Virus record (IMG/VR): IMGVR_UViG_2513237141_000003
Coordinates: 1 to 64,000 of that record
From: a virus
Lineage: Duplodnaviria > Heunggongvirae > Uroviricota > Caudoviricetes
Strand: one strand, 5' to 3'
DNA length: 64,000 nt
Below are positions 59,853 to 64,000 of the stretch, piece by piece. Position numbers and translations under genes: made by a program. Position 1 is the stretch's first letter; every line of letters starts with the position of its first letter. The notes beneath the pieces were generated by a model that was given only the letters and a program-made list of their open reading frames with translations, did not search any database and was not told the DNA's origin.

Positions 59853-60326
59853 ATGGCCGGCAACTACACCGCCCTCCAGACGATCTGGGCGACGCTGCCG
59901 GCGACCATGCTGACCGGCGACAAGCTCGCCTTCGTCAATCAGCAGATGACGGCCGGCCCCGCGGTCGACGTGCCCCGCAGCGAGGTCAGGAAGGTGCTGC
60001 AGGCCTCTGGCGCGCTGGACATCCTGCAGGCCTACGCGGCCAACCCTCCGGCTGGCGCAACCGATGCCGTCAAGGCCTCGGTCAACTACATTCTCGCCGT
60101 CGTCGGCTACGAGGCGACCTACAGCGACACGCTCGAGACCTCGAACTCGACCTATTCGAGCGCCATCCAGAGCATGGTGCCGAACCTCATCACCGCGGGC
60201 ATCTCGCAGGACACGATCTCCGCCATGATGGCCCTGATCGAGCCTCTGATCCCCTGGTGGCAGGCGAATGGCTTCGCCGCGCGCGTCAATATCTGGGATC
60301 TGATCAGCGCAGGCAATCTCTACTAG
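59853..60326 (+). CDS. hypothetical protein
   Basis: 157 aa. Confidence 0.5.
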   Translation: MAGNYTALQTIWATLPATMLTGDKLAFVNQQMTAGPAVDVPRSEVRKVLQASGALDILQAYAANPPAGATDAVKASVNYILAVVGYEATYSDTLETSNSTYSSAIQSMVPNLITAGISQDTISAMMALIEPLIPWWQANGFAARVNIWDLISAGNLY

Positions 60327-60549
60327 TTTTCAAAAGTAAATCCCGAGGCCCATCGGTGCGTTTGCCGTGCACGGCGCGCATCGGTCTTGCGGAGCGGTGA
60401 GTAGCGAGAGGCCTTCGGGCATCACGCAACTCCGGATCTCATGCACACCCGCGAACAAAACCGACACCCGCCGGGGTCCTAGGCCGGCGAAGACGGGACA
60501 ATGGCGTGGGCATCATTCCCTAAACCTGCACCCAAGGAGGTCATTCCCC

Positions 60550-60756
60550 ATGACCGCTGCTAAGCACTCTGTAGCCATGGCCGAAGGCGCTCTCGTGCCC
60601 GGCGACGTCGTTCGCCTCAAGGGTCAGCTGGTCAAGATGACCATTGACTATCTGTGCCAGGGCGACAACGCGCGATGCTCATGCGTATGGTTTGTCGACA
60701 ACCATCTGCAACGCGAAACCTTCTCGCTCCAGTCTCTTGCGAGGGTGCGGGAATGA
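60550..60756 (+). CDS. hypothetical protein
   Basis: AAGGAGG SD. Confidence 0.45.
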   Translation: MTAAKHSVAMAEGALVPGDVVRLKGQLVKMTIDYLCQGDNARCSCVWFVDNHLQRETFSLQSLARVRE

Positions 60757-60932
60757 CCATCCCCGCCGACAGCGTCGTCTTCTATCGCGACGAAAAGAAC
60801 CGGATGATCCTGTTCGAGATCAACGGCCGCGTCGTCGCGCGCATGCCCATCACCGAATGGTCGTTTGCGATTGCAAACCCAGTCACGGTGAATGCGCCTG
60901 CCTACGATTTCAGCCGCGGCGAACCGGCATGA
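60753..60932 (+). CDS. hypothetical protein
   Basis: ATGA overlap. Confidence 0.4.
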   Translation: MTIPADSVVFYRDEKNRMILFEINGRVVARMPITEWSFAIANPVTVNAPAYDFSRGEPA

Positions 60933-61144
60933 AGGTTTCGATCTTCTGCGGCTCCAGCCTGGTCGCGTTAGCTGTAGTGGCGGCATTTCTCTCGTTCGGT
61001 GCCGGCAAGTATCGCGCCCACCAACTTGCCGTCAGCGAGTGGTGCCGGTCCCAAGGCTACTACATGGCGGTCGTAGGCGAAGAGGGCGGTGACTATTGCA
61101 TCGTTCACGACCGGCTGATGGTGCCGAAGGACATCGGCCCATGA
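60929..61144 (+). CDS. small membrane/secreted protein
   Basis: N-terminal hydrophobic segment. Confidence 0.45.
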   Translation: MKVSIFCGSSLVALAVVAAFLSFGAGKYRAHQLAVSEWCRSQGYYMAVVGEEGGDYCIVHDRLMVPKDIGP

Positions 61145-61728
61145 AGTGGAACGACATCAAGATCGACGGCAATCCGGCCTCCTTCCTCAACTACGAGAAC
61201 GCGCGCCTCTACGTCTGCGAGCGCTCAGGCCGGGTCGAGGCCTGGGTCGACGGTGACAAGGTCGGCAACTTCGAGACCATCGACGAGGCGAAGGCGCGGG
61301 CCTGCCTCAAGGTCGGCATTCCGGTGGAGATCCCAAGGTCGGTCGCCAAGCCCAAGAAGCAGCTCGCGCCGCCGCCCAAGGTCAAGTGCAAGGCGAAGGT
61401 CGAGACCGTCAGGGATACCCCCAAGGGGCGCCGCTTCGGCGACCCGATCGTGAAGCGCTTCGAGCACGAGAAGAAGCTCAAGCGCTTTCCCATAGCCAAC
61501 ATGAGCGAGCCGCCGGCGCTGGTCGTGGCAGTCGCGCCCGAGCCGATGCCAGCTCCTGAGCCCATCTATCGCATGGCTGGTTACTGCGCTTGCGGCGTGC
61601 GGCTCGGTCGCATGGGCAAGTGCCCTGCGCTCTGCACGCCGGTGGCCGAGGAGCCTCCGCAATATCGCGGGCCCATGGTGGTTGGCCGCTCTCATATCGG
61701 CCGCATAGGAGCGCCGGTGTCATGGTGA
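61141..61728 (+). CDS. hypothetical protein
   Basis: ATGA overlap. Confidence 0.5.
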   Translation: MKWNDIKIDGNPASFLNYENARLYVCERSGRVEAWVDGDKVGNFETIDEAKARACLKVGIPVEIPRSVAKPKKQLAPPPKVKCKAKVETVRDTPKGRRFGDPIVKRFEHEKKLKRFPIANMSEPPALVVAVAPEPMPAPEPIYRMAGYCACGVRLGRMGKCPALCTPVAEEPPQYRGPMVVGRSHIGRIGAPVSW

Positions 61729-62081
61729 AGCTGTTGGGAGCGAGCGCGCCTGAGACCTCCGCCGTGCAGCGCCACTCGCCCAGCGAGATCGACGCCGCCA
61801 AGCAACTCTTGCAGCGCCACGGCTACGTCGTGGTCGAGCGCGACCGCGTCAAGGTCGTCGAGGCCGACGTGATCGTCGGCGAGTTAGATCTGAAATATGC
61901 CAGTAATCCTTGGCAGCTCATCGAATACGTTCGGCGCTGCCTCCTCGACAAGCTCTTCGACGGCATCGCCGATATGGGCGGCTGCCTGAAAGAGACGGAG
62001 AGTAATGTCACTCACCCGCACCGAGGTCGTCGCCTGGTGTCTGAAGTGACCCTGATCGTGCCGGAGCAGGCCAAGAGCTGA
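61722..62081 (+). CDS. hypothetical protein
   Basis: overlapping start. Confidence 0.45.
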   Translation: MVKLLGASAPETSAVQRHSPSEIDAAKQLLQRHGYVVVERDRVKVVEADVIVGELDLKYASNPWQLIEYVRRCLLDKLFDGIADMGGCLKETESNVTHPHRGRRLVSEVTLIVPEQAKS

Positions 62082-62290
62082 TGACCGAGGCGCTCACTGC
62101 CGACGAGGCTCTGATCGCCGACATCATGCGCGCCGAGCTGCACGATCGCTTCCACGGCAAGAGGGTCACTCGGCAAGAGGTCGCCGAGGTGGTGGCAGGT
62201 CTCCTCGCAATGGACCCCGAAGACATCGACGTCGCCTACGTGGCCCAGACTGGCCAGTTCTTCATCGACATCAGGACGCATTCCCCATGA
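62081..62290 (+). CDS. hypothetical protein
   Basis: ATGA overlap. Confidence 0.45.
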   Translation: MTEALTADEALIADIMRAELHDRFHGKRVTRQEVAEVVAGLLAMDPEDIDVAYVAQTGQFFIDIRTHSP

Positions 62291-62487
62291 GCACCCCCTC
62301 CGTCACCGATGCGCGCACTGCGCTCGCATCGGCTATTGCCACGACTGTTGCCTGTCGCATCGACAACGGCTCCGCAGCCACACTGACGCCCGACCAGGTC
62401 GCAGAGCTGACCGGCGCGATCGAGGGCATGATCGATGCAGTGGTCTCGGCCAAGCTGCTGGCCATCAGCGCGGCGGCCGCGTCATGA
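62287..62487 (+). CDS. hypothetical protein
   Basis: ATGA overlap. Confidence 0.45.
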   Translation: MSTPSVTDARTALASAIATTVACRIDNGSAATLTPDQVAELTGAIEGMIDAVVSAKLLAISAAAAS

Positions 62488-62630
62488 TGTATGTCGTCTA
62501 CGGCCTGGCCCTTTGGAAGGGCATCGACATCCTTTTCGGCACCTACCGCCTCATCAAGGACATGTTCTTCACCGACCGCGGCCCCAGCATCTTTGACGGC
62601 CCGCCGATCGGCGGCTCCGGCATCGGCTAG
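62484..62630 (+). CDS. 48-aa membrane micro-protein
   Basis: ATGATG start; MMYVVYGLALWKGIDILFG... Confidence 0.35.
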   Translation: MMYVVYGLALWKGIDILFGTYRLIKDMFFTDRGPSIFDGPPIGGSGIG

Positions 62631-63362
62631 ATGTCCGGCCTCGACGCGATCAAGCATCCGCGCGGCGACGACCTGATCGCCTCCTACAAGGAGCGGTTCG
62701 GCGACAAGACGCTGATCGCCTTCTCCCGCGGCAAGGACTCGGTCGCAGTCGCGCTTGCGCTGCGCGACAAGATCGAGGTGATCCCATTCTACTACGACTA
62801 TCCGATGAAGCTCAGCTTCGTCGAGGAGAGCCTCGCCTATTACGAGAAGCATCTGTTCGGCAGGCGCATCCTGCGCATGCCGGACGTGGCCTTCAACAAG
62901 CATCTGCGCGACGGCTTCCTGCAGCCCGTGCGCCGCGCTGAAATTCTCACCAACGCCTCGCTGCCGCGCCTCGACCACCCCGACATCCTGCGCATGGTCA
63001 AGAAGCAGGAGGGGATTGAAGGCACTAGCATCCTGACCGCCACCGGTGTCCGCGCCCTCGACAACGCGATCCGCTTCCTCTCAATCAAGAAGCACGGCCC
63101 GATCCGCTCTACCGCCGGCAACTGGGCGCCGATCTGGCACTGGTCGAAGCAGGATCTGCTGGATGCGATCGAGAGCAGCGGCATCTCGCTGCCGCCCGAT
63201 TACACCTTCCTGCCGCGATCGCTCGACGGCTTCTCATACCTTTTCCTGATCCCGCTCAAGGAACGCTTCCCCGAGGACTACCAGCGCATCATCGAATGGC
63301 TCCCCTTAGCGCCAGTCGAGGAGAAGCGCTGGGAGCTCTATCAAAGGTACTTCGCACAGTGA
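62631..63362 (+). CDS. PAPS-reductase-family PP-loop ATPase (DndC/QueC-like superfamily)
   Basis: PP-loop SRGKDS with LIAFSRGKDSVAVALAL context. Confidence 0.75.
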   Translation: MSGLDAIKHPRGDDLIASYKERFGDKTLIAFSRGKDSVAVALALRDKIEVIPFYYDYPMKLSFVEESLAYYEKHLFGRRILRMPDVAFNKHLRDGFLQPVRRAEILTNASLPRLDHPDILRMVKKQEGIEGTSILTATGVRALDNAIRFLSIKKHGPIRSTAGNWAPIWHWSKQDLLDAIESSGISLPPDYTFLPRSLDGFSYLFLIPLKERFPEDYQRIIEWLPLAPVEEKRWELYQRYFAQ

Positions 63363-63919
63363 GTGAGCAGTCGACCTTTTTCAACGCCGTTGGATGGATC
63401 GGCACGGCGACTGGCGGCGCGTTCAACGTTCTGGACCCAAAGGTCGAGGACGTCCGCCTCAACGACATTGCGCACGCATTATCGCGCCAGTGCCGCTACG
63501 GCGGCCATTGTCGTCGCTTCTATTCGGTTGCCGAGCACTCCGTTCACGTCGCCCACAACGTGGCCGGTCCCAATCGCGTCAAACTCGCAAGCCTCCTGCA
63601 CGATGCGAGCGAGGCATTCCTCGTCGACATCCCGCGACCGATCAAGAATGCGATGCCAGAGTATCGCGCGATCGAGGATCACCTGATGCGCGTGATCTAC
63701 ACGCGGTTCGGGCTCGATGGTTTGTGGCCGCTTCCACCCGAGATCGTAGATATCGACGTACGTATTCTGCACGACGAGTGCGAGCAGAACGTCGCCAAAC
63801 CGGCTGTGCCGTGGGGTTTCCCCGGTGATCCGGTCGGGGTGACCCTCCGCTACTGGAGCCCCGAGGTAGCGGCCTCGTGGTTCCTTTCCGAGTTCTACCG
63901 CTATGGTGGCAATGACTGA
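63358..63919 (+). CDS. HD-domain phosphohydrolase (YfbR-like 5'-nucleotidase type)
   Basis: H..H (AEHSVHV), HD (LLHDASEA), downstream D; GTGA overlap. Confidence 0.7.
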
Positions 63920-64000
63920 ATGAACCAGATCGACGAGATCCTTCTCCTCCGCCGTCGCGGACTCTCCCTCCAGGAAATCGCCGACAAGGTCGGTCTCACC
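63920..64000 (+). CDS. HTH protein, 5' fragment (continues beyond window)
   Basis: RGLSLQEIADKVGL HTH-like. Confidence 0.4.
   Translation, partial: MNQIDEILLLRRRGLSLQEIADKVGLT

Noticed and set aside
1-64000. CRISPR array or cas genes
   Set aside because: No direct repeats of 25-40 bp with regular spacers seen; the repeated elements are cassettes and iterons with irregular spacing.

Overview
GC-rich (about 64%) temperate-phage or prophage DNA, probably alpha-proteobacterial (GcrA homolog; tRNA-His without G-1 and with A73). All coordinates derived by hand may be off by 1-2 nt.

Layout:
- 1-12.9 kb (minus strand): integrase, AlpA-like Xis, cargo genes, NinB, SSB, ERF-like annealing protein, YqaJ exonuclease, CI-like repressor.
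- 13-23.6 kb (plus strand): Cro-like, GcrA, RuvC, TOPRIM-AAA primase/helicase, CHAP-like protein, DHH phosphoesterase, DUF3310, ThyX.
- 23.9-47.8 kb (minus strand): about 55 short genes, including HNH nucleases, an orphan N6-adenine methyltransferase, an AAA+ ATPase and a beta-clamp-like protein.
- 47.9-48.9 kb: a 1-kb noncoding control region.
- 49-64 kb (plus strand): overlapping small genes, a 10-tRNA island, an Rnl-like RNA ligase, a PP-loop/PAPS-reductase protein and an HD hydrolase.
- No virion structural genes fall in the 64 kb.

Most notable is a stereotyped translation-initiation cassette in front of about 38 genes: a hairpin whose loop reads UUCGCAG in the mRNA, followed 8-25 nt later by the 10-mer CAAGGAGACC and the start codon. 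Hairpin stems co-vary, which points to selection on RNA structure.

Other unexplained structure: inverted arrays of GGGGACAT iterons flanking AT-rich cores at three loci; GGGCCC-rich clusters at the two junctions between gene blocks; TTGCACC-N5-GGTGCAA operator palindromes at the cI/cro switch and at two distal sites; and many unannotated micro-peptide genes.
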